Assembly: GCA_000091205.1 (NCBI GenBank)
Contig: AP006498.2
From: Cyanidioschyzon merolae
Lineage: Eukaryota
Strand: one strand, 5' to 3'
Length of the DNA: 64,000 nt
Of this stretch, positions 54,169 to 63,530 are shown piece by piece. The first letter of the stretch is position 1. Every line of letters starts with the position of its first letter. The position numbers and the translations under genes are program-made. Under the pieces are notes generated by a model. The model saw nothing but the letters and a program-made list of their open reading frames with translations, searched no databases and had not been told where the DNA came from.

Positions 54169-55788
54169 TTATTCGAATAGTCTTTGGAGATATCGAGCAT
54201 GGAGTGTTGCCGGCATTTCGCCGAGCGCTGTCAATAATGCGCTGGTTATCACGGCCGGTACACCGATGCCCGGAAACGAATTCTCACCTGCCAGTGCAAG
54301 TCCAGCAGGTAAATCATGGCGAATCCAGGGAAGTAGCGGCTTGGCACCATAGGTGCCGCGGTAGCGCCGTAAATACTGCTCATGGGTCAACGGTGTCCCG
54401 ATGAGTTTCATTCGGATCGAGTCAGGGTCTGCACAGCCCGGCACTGCCCGAGCAATTGCATCCAGCAACACCTGACCTCTGGCAAGTTTCTGTGCTCGAT
54501 AGCGCTCGCGATCAAGGTTCTCCCAGAGCTCGTACGGCTCCGTTGCTGGCGTATACGCGTGGAGTGTATGCTCACCAGATCGCGAAAGCGACGGATCCAG
54601 CACTGATGGAATCGAAATGGCGACGACATTCTGAGGCTCCGTCAGCCTCTCCCAGTTATCCACAACAATATAGTGACAATTGTAGCCGTCGTGCTCTGGC
54701 GGCTGGCTGCCCCGAATGTAGTCGGTGAAATGTGTGGATGCGCTTTCCGGGTCCAGCGCCTTGAAGACCAAGTGCGCGTGTAGGAAGCTTGGAAGAGGCT
54801 CGGCATTGGCCTGGAAAGATCCATCCTGCAGCAAGCGCGCTGTGTCCCAGAGACTTATGCAGCTGACCACTCGACGCGATGCCTTGATTCGGCGACCGTC
54901 GACTAGCGTCACTCCGACGACTCGCTGTGAGGCGTTCTCTGTCCAAAATGACTGCACTGGCGAGCTCGTGTACACTTTGCCGCCGCGTTTCTCCAGAGCA
55001 TCCTTCAAGGCCTGCGCTAGCGCCGCAACACCTCCAAGGGGATACTCTAGGTAAGCATCCTCTCCGTAGAAGGAACGGAACATGAAGGCCATTTCGGCAG
55101 TCGGCGTTCCATCAGAGGGTAATCCACTCAACAAAAAACACAGCAGGTCCATCCAGCCGCGCAGAAATGCGTCCCGAACACCAACTTGATCCAGCACTCG
55201 TGAAAATGGTGCAGACATGAGCCGGAAATGTGCTGCATGACGCAAGGCGCGCGGCAGATGAGGTGTCACCGTTCGCCAGATACCCAGGTCTCGTCGAAGT
55301 GCAACAGGTGGGATACTTACAGCCGCCTCCGCGAGCGGTTTCATAAAACGCTGTAGTTCAGCAAACTGTGCGGCGGCGTCTCGACCGCGAAGCTCTCGTA
55401 GCGTATGGCTGAAGTCTTTCGCACCGACTGCTGAGTTGAAGCGACCCTCGGGGACTAGGACGCCCCAGGTGTTGTAGCGCGCCACCGGGAGCTTGATCCC
55501 CAAGAGGCGCAGCAACTGAGCTAGTGGATCGGAGGAGTCTCGCCCGCTTAAAGATCCTCCAGCAAAGAGCGATGGCCCCGTATCGAAGTAATAGGGACCT
55601 TTCGAGAAACCGTGTGCAGCGCCGCCAACGCGCTCATGGGCCTCTAAGAGACACACTGAGTGACCCTGGTCCGCGAGTAGCGCACCCGTTGCAAGTCCCG
55701 CCAGGCCACCGCCTACGATGACATAGTCAGCCCATTGAAACGCCCAGACACCACCATTTCGACGTCGTACCCGTTGTGCGCGTTGCAT
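54169..55788 (-). CDS. FAD-dependent oxidoreductase of the CrtI / phytoene-desaturase superfamily, most similar in architecture to carotenoid isomerase (CRTISO)
   Basis: ATG at 55788. N-terminal dinucleotide-binding fold 'DYVIVGGGLAGLATGALLADQGHSVCLLEAHERVGGAAHGF'. Internal blocks 'SIPSVLDPSLSRSGEHTLHAYT', 'GTPLTHEQYLRRYRGTYGA' and C-terminal 'LAGENSFPGIGVPAVITSAL' parallel Arabidopsis CRTISO ('[22 protein letters not shown]', 'GTPRTHRRFLARDKGTYGP', '[20 protein letters not shown]'). Confidence 0.78.
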   Translation of the reverse strand: MQRAQRVRRRNGGVWAFQWADYVIVGGGLAGLATGALLADQGHSVCLLEAHERVGGAAHGFSKGPYYFDTGPSLFAGGSLSGRDSSDPLAQLLRLLGIKLPVARYNTWGVLVPEGRFNSAVGAKDFSHTLRELRGRDAAAQFAELQRFMKPLAEAAVSIPPVALRRDLGIWRTVTPHLPRALRHAAHFRLMSAPFSRVLDQVGVRDAFLRGWMDLLCFLLSGLPSDGTPTAEMAFMFRSFYGEDAYLEYPLGGVAALAQALKDALEKRGGKVYTSSPVQSFWTENASQRVVGVTLVDGRRIKASRRVVSCISLWDTARLLQDGSFQANAEPLPSFLHAHLVFKALDPESASTHFTDYIRGSQPPEHDGYNCHYIVVDNWERLTEPQNVVAISIPSVLDPSLSRSGEHTLHAYTPATEPYELWENLDRERYRAQKLARGQVLLDAIARAVPGCADPDSIRMKLIGTPLTHEQYLRRYRGTYGAKPLLPWIRHDLPAGLALAGENSFPGIGVPAVITSALLTALGEMPATLHARYLQRLFE

Positions 55789-56162
55789 GGAGTCCGTTCA
55801 CACCCAGCGCTGGGTAGCTTAAGTCAACGAAGATTTGAATCACCTTTGCTGCGTGTATTCGAATGCTTATTCACAATGTACAGCTGGACGTTGAGATCAT
55901 GATGGTATGCACTGTATCGATCATCGACGAATTGCCGCTAGGATGTATTCTCTGGTAAATAGTGAAAGGAGGTCTACATTCTGCTTCGGGTCAGGCATAC
56001 AATAGTACTCAGATGGTTGAGTAACACAGAAAGAATCACGTAGATACGCTCCGTGCCGAAAACCGATTTGCTCGAAGCGCGCCTGCGGTTAATGGTATAA
56101 AAATGATCCGTTCATCATATTACGGAAAGCAAAAGCAACGATCCTAGCAACTACCAGTGTCT

Positions 56163-57200
56163 CTATTTCTCAATAGCTTGTTCGCGTTGTCCTGAAAACA
56201 CTGGTATACAATCGCATAAAAAGTCCTGGTTCACAAACGGCAATCTTCCGCCGAAATCTCAACGACAGCGTCCTTGGAAAGTCAATATCGATATGAAGCA
56301 CAGAGACGACGATTTGTTTTTTCAGTTAATGAGAGCTTCTTCAGACGAAACGGCCGGAGTGCGGATGGGTAGTCGCGGAGCGTGGCGTCCGTTGTATGCG
56401 CTATCGAACTCTTAGAGAACGAGTATATCATCATCGGTCTAGCTGTAGTGGAATCATTTAGCGGCCTCCAATTCGCGTATACAGAAGGCTCATACAACAG
56501 CGTTGACTTCGTCGAATCAATAAAGGTGTTGTCTCTGACGTCTGGCCACGACCTTCTACTAGACAACGTGGTAGTTCACATTTCCCCTTGCGTCGAGCTT
56601 TTGACGATTCTAATTAGGTAGAGCTGCTTTTGACTCCTCCGTTCTCTCCGCGTTTCAACTGCATCGCAGGAATGTCTTCTATCGTGAAACGAAATGATCG
56701 CTCTAGTGGGCCAATCGATGATGCGTTCAGCACACAGTGAAACACCCGGGCACATGACGTTGTTCTTCCGCCAGTCCTTCATCCTCCGGGAAGGTCCTCG
56801 CTTAAGGGTATCAAGCAGCGCGTTCATTTTTTGAAGAAACTAAAAATCCCAGGGATGAGCTGGGGTTTACTCATCAGAAGATCGAGATGGAGAAAAGCCA
56901 GCGAAGCGCTCCGGCGATAGAAGAGCACGGGGAGCTGATCGAGCAGCAAATGGCACAGACGGCACAAGTTCGAGGACTACTTGCATTGGTGGGTTCAACA
57001 ACGGCAAGAAACGCATGGAGTTTGTGAACCGAGACTTTAACGCCGCTATCGATATCAGGAGATGTGCGGTGCTGGAGACGAGACCTCCAGAATAGACAAG
57101 AGTGAACTTTGTTGGACAGCCTCCAAAAATTGAACTATATGAGAAATAATTGGAACCAGTAGCTCGTGGCCGGTCGAAAATGGCTGGGAGGCGTCTGCAC
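56163..57200 (+). repeat. Dispersed repeat family B, copy 2 (~1.0 kb; relative to copy 1 it has an internal deletion or divergence)
   Basis: See copy 1 (23147..24270). It shares the terminal blocks (tctcaatagcttgttcg ... ggccggtcgaaaatggctgggaggcgtctgca) and internal conserved blocks (gcaagaaacgcatggagtttgtgaaccgagactt). Same orientation as copy 1. Confidence 0.6.
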
Positions 57201-57302
57201 ATCAGCTGGAGACGCTGTGTCTAGGGCGCGGTTTCTCGCCAATACTGTGCACGGCCAACGGCGACGTTCGACTTCTGAGGCGAGTTTGGTAGTGGTGGTA
57301 TT

Positions 57303-59099
57303 ATGTGGTGTTTCGTGACTGGACGGTGTGCTCCACTTTGGGGGGTTAACACAAACAGCACTTCGGTGACAGCTCGGTCTCGATGGAGGACGGCTGTCTG
57401 CGGCGGCCAGCAGCAGAGGTGCACAAGACGCACAAAGCTGGCATCGAGGCGTCCCTGCCGGGCTAGCGCTAGTGACCCGAACTTCTGGCGAGACGTGGCG
57501 CGCTCAGTGTCCGAGCAGGGCGAGCTGGCGACTTCGCGAGCTCCTGTGCGTCGAGAGCGACCTCCTCCGCAATGGGTGGCGCCGCCGCCCGGCTTTGAAC
57601 TCGATACGAGCGGCGAAAGCAGTTCGACTTGGGCTTCATGGCGCGCGGCGGCAGAGGCAGCGCAAGCCGAGCAAGAGGCGGTGCAAGAGCGGCTTGAGCG
57701 TGGCGAACCTGTGCGTGATATGACCGCTGAACGAAACTTCTGGCGGAGCGCAGCGGCTGAACTAGGCGCACCGTTGGACCCCGGCAGAACGGCAGCCGAG
57801 CTACGCACTGCAGCAGGCGGGTTGGCGGAGCGTCCTTCGGAGCATAATCGCAGCGAAGAGATTGGGAGCATCGATTCGAACATTCCTGAATCGGATGAGG
57901 AGTGGGACCCCGACACCTCCTGGATGCAAATGTATGCGTCAGACGCTGTTGAATTCGTTTCGGGAACCGAATCTGCTGATGATAATCTTCAAGGGACACT
58001 TTGGGGCGCCGCTCTGGGATCCGAGCAAGCAGCACGCGAACGTTCATCCACATCCTTGCAGTCGTTATCCGCAGAATGGGACACGAAGGAGCGCATTCCT
58101 GATTCCGGGGCAGAAGCTGCAGACGAGGAGGAAACCTTGGAGCCGCGCGATCCGAAGAAGGAGACAGCATTCTGGCGGGGTGCGGCCCAGGAGCTGCTTG
58201 GGGCATCCACGGGAGCTACGTCGGATGCGTTCGCGACTCGCTCGACCACGTCGCACAGCGCAGACGGGAGTGCCACGCAGGACTCCGAAGAGGAAACCTG
58301 GGAGCCGCGCGATCCGAAGAAGGAGACAGCATTCTGGCGGGGTGCGGCCCAGGAGCTGCTTGGGGCATCCACGGGAGCTACGTCGGATGCGTTCGCGACT
58401 CGCTCGACCACGTCGCACAGCGCAGACGGGAGTGCCACGCAGGACTCCGAAGAGGAAACCTGGGAGCCGCGCGATCCGAAGAAGGAGACAGCATTCTGGC
58501 GGGGTGCGGCCCAGGAGCTGCTTGGGGCATCCACGGGAGCTACGTCGGATGCGTTCGCGACTCGCTCGACCACGTCGCACAGCGCAGACGGGAGTGCCAC
58601 GCAGGACTCCGAAGAGGAAACCTGGGAGCCGCGCGATCCGAAGAAGGAGACAGCATTCTGGCGGGGTGCGGCTCAAGACATCATCGAGAGCCTTCCGACA
58701 CAAATCGAACTCGGTGTGGATGCACAGTCAAGCGCCAGCACTCCCGCCGTTCCCGATGCGCATGCCGGAACTGGTGATCCCGACGTTACAGCCGAAGAGC
58801 CCGTAGGCCCAGCTGAAGCCTGGGCTGCCTGGCGTGCCGCCCGAGCTTCTTCTAAGAACGTGTCCGCTTTACCCGCTCCTGTGGCTGAGACGCACCCAGA
58901 ACCTCTTTCTGAAACAGAGATCTGGATTCAGTGGCGAGAACAGCAAAGAAAAACCTGGGCAGGAGCCCTCAACGACCTGAACCGTAACCGTCCGCGAGAA
59001 CAGCAAGTTGCGCGACCCGAGAAAAGCACCGTTGATCGCTGGCGCCATGTTGCCGCAGAACTATCACAAGACAGCCCACAAAGCGAGGAGAACTCATAA
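57303..59099 (+). CDS. Repeat-containing acidic protein with about ten degenerate 'xxFWRxAAxEL' motifs, including three perfect 54-aa tandem repeats
   Basis: ATG at 57303. The protein is 598 aa. Recurring motifs: DPNFWRDVARSV, ERNFWRSAAAELG, ETAFWRGAAQELLGAS (x3) and ETAFWRGAAQDII, plus W-containing variants (EAWAAWRAARAS, TEIWIQWREQQRK, VDRWRHVAAELS). Three-plus units of 'EETWEPRDPKKETAFWRGAAQELLGASTGATSDAFATRSTTSHSADGSATQDSE'. Confidence 0.6.
   Translation: MWCFVTGRCAPLWGVNTNSTSVTARSRWRTAVCGGQQQRCTRRTKLASRRPCRASASDPNFWRDVARSVSEQGELATSRAPVRRERPPPQWVAPPPGFELDTSGESSSTWASWRAAAEAAQAEQEAVQERLERGEPVRDMTAERNFWRSAAAELGAPLDPGRTAAELRTAAGGLAERPSEHNRSEEIGSIDSNIPESDEEWDPDTSWMQMYASDAVEFVSGTESADDNLQGTLWGAALGSEQAARERSSTSLQSLSAEWDTKERIPDSGAEAADEEETLEPRDPKKETAFWRGAAQELLGASTGATSDAFATRSTTSHSADGSATQDSEEETWEPRDPKKETAFWRGAAQELLGASTGATSDAFATRSTTSHSADGSATQDSEEETWEPRDPKKETAFWRGAAQELLGASTGATSDAFATRSTTSHSADGSATQDSEEETWEPRDPKKETAFWRGAAQDIIESLPTQIELGVDAQSSASTPAVPDAHAGTGDPDVTAEEPVGPAEAWAAWRAARASSKNVSALPAPVAETHPEPLSETEIWIQWREQQRKTWAGALNDLNRNRPREQQVARPEKSTVDRWRHVAAELSQDSPQSEENS
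58139..58680. repeat. Perfect 162-bp tandem repeat, ~3.3 units, inside the repeat-protein CDS
   Basis: Unit starts (ggagccgcgcgatccgaag...) at 58139, 58301, 58463 and 58625, with exactly 162-bp spacing. The units looked identical by eye. Confidence 0.9.
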
Positions 59100-59417
59100 G
59101 CAACTTGCAACTGGGAATCTTTACGTATCGAGGCCGCTGAACAAGTCCTACCGAGGGCATCCATCCCTCACGAGCAGCGCTGTGCGGATCACGCACTCCC
59201 CGCGATCACGCATGGCACGCATCGAGGGCTGCCCGCATCGCCACTGCCGCGCGTGCTGCGTGTTGCACCGAACGCGCATGGCACGTCGTTTCCGTGCGTA
59301 GCCGGGCGCTGTGAACTCCAATGTCCATGATTGCCTCTGATGATTACGATCTTCAGATAAGGATGCGTGTTGGCCGCCATCGGAGGCATTCGACTCCCGT
59401 GGAAAGACCAGAATTTT

Positions 59418-62400
59418 TTAGCTCCACTGTGAGAAACGTTCCAGCGCTTCGGTTAACTGCGCGATTTCCTGCTCATAGCGATTCAGGTTTTGCACGGTGC
59501 GCTCTCGAACGGATTCCGGTACGCGTTCATCATAGTTTTGAAGTTGTTCCCTAAAACGCTGTGCGCTTCGCTCAGCTTCAGCGAGCTTCGCCTGCGCTTT
59601 CGCCTTTTCGACTTGCACATCAACAAGACCGGCAAGATGCAGGTAAATACAGATCTGGGGAGTGACCAACTGCACACCGCATTGTTTCACTTCGGACGGC
59701 GGGTCTGCTTGCACGTTAACAGTGCCACAGAGCGCCAGCGTCCGTACAAGTGGAGCGCAGACCGCATCACCGCCGACAATCCATACCTGCGGGCGAGCAG
59801 TCTTCTTCACTTGGTACAGAGTCCGAAGCGAACGGATGCCGCGAACAATGAGCATCGCCTGCTGGACGAGCTCCTCAGCGGCCTCGTCGCGGGAGCCGCC
59901 TTCCGGATACGACGCAGTCATGATCGAGGGCGCTCTTTTCGGTAAAGGCAGACGCTGGTACAGTTCCTCGGTAACGAATGGCATCATGGGGTGCAGGAGG
60001 CGAAGGCCCTGGTCGAGACACTCCAGCAGTACTCGGCGCGCCACCGAGGCGTCACTGGTTGCCGTCGCATCCGCGGGCGCATCCTCGGCGCCGTACACTC
60101 GCGGCTTGATTGCTTCTAGATACACGTCACACAGTTCGTAGAGCCAGAAATGATGCAGTGCCTGAACTGCTTCAGCAAACTCGTAGCTGGAGAGCGCTTG
60201 ATGGCATTGCATTGCACAGTGCGCAAGACGCGAGAGAATCCATCGATCCTCGAGTGCTAGCGCGGCATCCTTGTAGACAAGTGCTTCCGCTCCGCTGTCA
60301 TCGGAGGCATTCGGCAGTTGTCGATGCGCAGGCTGGCCGGCCATGTCCTTGTCCGCGACATGTAACAGGCCGAGGGCAAATCGCACGGCATTCCATAGCT
60401 TGTTGCAGAAATGACGATACGCAACAACTCGTGCAACATCAAGGTTGATATCGCGGCCTTGCAACGTATACGCAAGCAGTCCAAATCGAAGCGCGTCCGT
60501 TCCACACTCGGGTATTCCCTGTTCACCGTACTCAAGCCGCTGCATCTTGCGCGCCTTCTCGACCTCGCGTGGATCCAGATTTCCACTGAGTAACTTTGCG
60601 TGCAGCTGCTCCAGCGTAGCGCCCTCGATGACCTCAAGCGGGTCGATAACATTTCCCAACGATTTCGACATTTTGCGGCCGTACTTGTCCCGTACAAGGG
60701 CGTGCAGGTAAACTGTAGAAAAGGGTAGCTTACCAGTGAGCTCTAAGCCCAGCATCACCATTCGCGCCACCCAGAAAAACAGGATATCGTGACCGGTCTC
60801 CAGAAGCGTCGTCGGGTAAAACGCGTGCATTTCCCTGTTGACAGGTGAGGTATCCGGCCAACCGAATACCGAGAACGGAAACAATCCCGATGAGAACCAG
60901 GTATCGAGGACGTCCTCGTCCTGCTCTAGCGACTCCCGATAGGCAGGTGGAGCTCTCTGACGAGCCTCTTCGACGTTACGCGCAACAATCCACTCCTCGG
61001 CACCAGTGTCAACGTTTGTATACCGCCAAGCGGGAATACGATGGCCCCACCATAGTTGGCGCGAAACACACCAGTCATGGATGTTTTCCAACCAGCGATT
61101 CCAAGTAGCGCGGTGGAATTCCGGCAGGATTGTGAGCTGTCCCTCGTCGGCAGCTCGAACCGCTTCGCGTGCCATGTGGTCGCATTTCACCCACCACTGC
61201 GGTTTGAGCATCGGCTCGATAATGTCGTGTGTACGTGAACAGAGCGCGAGTCGCATAGCGTGGCTCTCTTTTCCGCGCAGATACCCTCGTTCAGCGAGCG
61301 CCCGCTCGACCTGAACGCGGGCCTCATAGCGCATCAGGCCAGAAAACGCTCCAGCGTGCTCGTTGAGGTGACCTTCGTCATCAAAAATAACGATGAACGG
61401 TAATCCGTGGCGCAGACCGCACTCGTAATCGTTCGGATCATGCGCTGGAGTGACCTTCACACATCCAGTTCCGAAGCTCATATCCACGAGCTGTGCGTCC
61501 GCAATGACCCGCAGCTCGCGATCGGGAAGAAACGGATGCACCAGCTGGGCGCCAACGAGGTCTCGGTATCGTGGATCCTCCGGATGAACGGCAACGGCAA
61601 CGTCGCCCAACATGGTCTCCAGTCGAGTGGTGGCTACCACCAGCTCATGGATACCGCCCGGTACAGGTTCCTTCAACGGGTACGCAAACCGGGTCAAGAC
61701 CCCTACCTCTACCTCGCCATCATGGCCGGGCACTCGCAGCAGCTCTCGGCCCGGAATATCCACGTATTCTACTTCGATATCACTGAGCGCTGTTCGCAGT
61801 CGGCAGCACCAGTTCACAAGTCGGGTTCCTCGGTAGATGAGACCACGCTCGTACAGACGAACAAACGCCTCCACTACAGCCTTTGACAATTGTTCGTTCA
61901 TGGTGAACTGTTCACGGCTCCAGTCGACTGAGACGCCTAAGCGACGGAGCTGATCGCAGATCCGGCCTCCGTATTCCTCTTTGTAGGCCCAGACGTAGCG
62001 CACAAAGTCGTCGCGCCCCAGATCGTGTCGGGTCAGGTTGCGCTCTCGCATGAGTTTTCTTTCGACAACTGTTTGAGTGGCAATACCAGCATGGTCTGTT
62101 CCCGGAACCCAAAGCGCAACGTGGCCTCTCATTCGATGCCAGCGGGTCAAGCAATCCTGGATCGCACACATCAGGGTGTGCCCCAGGTGCAGTGTTCCAG
62201 TGACATTTGGCGGAGGCATGACCATGACGAAGCGTCTGCTAGGGTCTGGCTCGGAAAGCGCTTGCTCCGTCTGCGCGGTAAAGAATCCTTGTGCTTCCCA
62301 CCAGTCGTACCAGGCGGCCTCTACGGATCGCGGGTAATATGCCGGGGACATGGGTTTCTTGAGAAGCGTTTTGTAGGCGCCCTTTGGTGTATGGTCGATG

Positions 62401-62714
62401 TATTCGGGTGGCAACTGCTTCGATGAAGAGCCAGTATCATCATTGTCGTTGGTGGTACTCGCTGAACTCTTGTTTGCTCGCGCCCCAGTTGCCGCCTGAG
62501 TCGCACTCGCAGCGCCCAGGTTCGCTTCAGCAATCACTGAGCGTGCTTGTGCTTTCAACGCTTTCTGCTCGGCTTTTTCTAACAGTTTCGCCAGCTTCTT
62601 CTGTTTCGCCTTGGGGAGTAGTGCCCGTTCCTCAGCAGTCATCGCTCTATACTGCTCTAGCGTGACATCTTGGCCAGTGGCAGCGGCGCTCTCTCCGGTC
62701 GCGTCGAGCGTCAT
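59418..62714 (-). CDS. VARS: Valyl-tRNA synthetase (class I aaRS) with a lysine-rich N-terminal extension
   Basis: ATG at 62714. HIGH region 'PPPNVTGTLHLGHTLMCAIQD', 'KMSKSLGN', the editing and anticodon-binding regions typical of ValRS ('GTGCVKVTPAHDPNDYECGLRHGLPFIVIFDDEG'), and a C-terminal coiled-coil. 1098 aa. Confidence 0.95.
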   Translation of the reverse strand: MTLDATGESAAATGQDVTLEQYRAMTAEERALLPKAKQKKLAKLLEKAEQKALKAQARSVIAEANLGAASATQAATGARANKSSASTTNDNDDTGSSSKQLPPEYIDHTPKGAYKTLLKKPMSPAYYPRSVEAAWYDWWEAQGFFTAQTEQALSEPDPSRRFVMVMPPPNVTGTLHLGHTLMCAIQDCLTRWHRMRGHVALWVPGTDHAGIATQTVVERKLMRERNLTRHDLGRDDFVRYVWAYKEEYGGRICDQLRRLGVSVDWSREQFTMNEQLSKAVVEAFVRLYERGLIYRGTRLVNWCCRLRTALSDIEVEYVDIPGRELLRVPGHDGEVEVGVLTRFAYPLKEPVPGGIHELVVATTRLETMLGDVAVAVHPEDPRYRDLVGAQLVHPFLPDRELRVIADAQLVDMSFGTGCVKVTPAHDPNDYECGLRHGLPFIVIFDDEGHLNEHAGAFSGLMRYEARVQVERALAERGYLRGKESHAMRLALCSRTHDIIEPMLKPQWWVKCDHMAREAVRAADEGQLTILPEFHRATWNRWLENIHDWCVSRQLWWGHRIPAWRYTNVDTGAEEWIVARNVEEARQRAPPAYRESLEQDEDVLDTWFSSGLFPFSVFGWPDTSPVNREMHAFYPTTLLETGHDILFFWVARMVMLGLELTGKLPFSTVYLHALVRDKYGRKMSKSLGNVIDPLEVIEGATLEQLHAKLLSGNLDPREVEKARKMQRLEYGEQGIPECGTDALRFGLLAYTLQGRDINLDVARVVAYRHFCNKLWNAVRFALGLLHVADKDMAGQPAHRQLPNASDDSGAEALVYKDAALALEDRWILSRLAHCAMQCHQALSSYEFAEAVQALHHFWLYELCDVYLEAIKPRVYGAEDAPADATATSDASVARRVLLECLDQGLRLLHPMMPFVTEELYQRLPLPKRAPSIMTASYPEGGSRDEAAEELVQQAMLIVRGIRSLRTLYQVKKTARPQVWIVGGDAVCAPLVRTLALCGTVNVQADPPSEVKQCGVQLVTPQICIYLHLAGLVDVQVEKAKAQAKLAEAERSAQRFREQLQNYDERVPESVRERTVQNLNRYEQEIAQLTEALERFSQWS

Positions 62715-63530
62715 GCGCAGTTTTCCGCTATTGAAACCCCGGAGTACGCTTTAGACGAAACAGGCTTGAGAAATTGAGTTTCCACTCGCAATGCGTACAG
62801 CGCAGTCCAGATCAGGCTTTCCTACTGGGCAGCTGCCTGGCACTATACATGCAGCAGGAAGCTATGCCAAAAACGTTCTATGAGGCTACTTTCCGCGCTG
62901 GCGCGGTGTCGAGGCGGTGTCCAGCTGTCCGTAATATTCCTAGTTGTACTGTTTTCATCGGAGCCGCTGCTTGGCCTGAGCCACGCTAATGTCAGAAAAA
63001 TCGTACACCGACTATTCACTATGTTCCTAACTTTCATATTTTCCAGCTTTTTCGGAGTTGAAGACTATCAACATTCCAAGTGCAGCATCCAAGACTTGCC
63101 CACTCAAGCGTCGTTTCGGGTTTTCGGTCGTCTTTTCCGAGTGGTTGCCTCGAAGCTTCGCCGCTAGTATTCAAGACAACACCGGAATCAAGTTGATCCG
63201 CCATGCCCACGGTCAAGGTTTCTTAGAATTACAGGACCCATAACCCAATATATACATGCATGCTTCCAATTCTCTCCTTTTCTAACGTGCAGCATGCTCA
63301 AAGCACGCGTTCTCCGAGTTTTCGATCTTTCTTTCTCAAGTTGAACGGTGAAGACACCAACTCGTGTCGCTTGATGTATAAGCGAAATGAATCGACATTG
63401 TCCCTTGACGCTCTGTTCACAAGCACATCCAAAAAGTTAATTCAAATTATTTTCTCAAACAATCAATTCCGTTCGAAAGAAACATCCTTCTTCCGACGTG
63501 GGTATCGACGTAATCGCATTCCACAAAAGT

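Noticed and set aside
57469-58703. Antisense ORFs 57469..58206(-), 57989..58600(-) and 58065..58703(-), plus + ORF 57862..58806, themselves containing perfect peptide repeats
   Set aside because: They lie wholly inside the 162-bp tandem array of the FWR-repeat gene. Perfect repeats keep every frame open, so these are artefacts of the repeat rather than overlapping genes.
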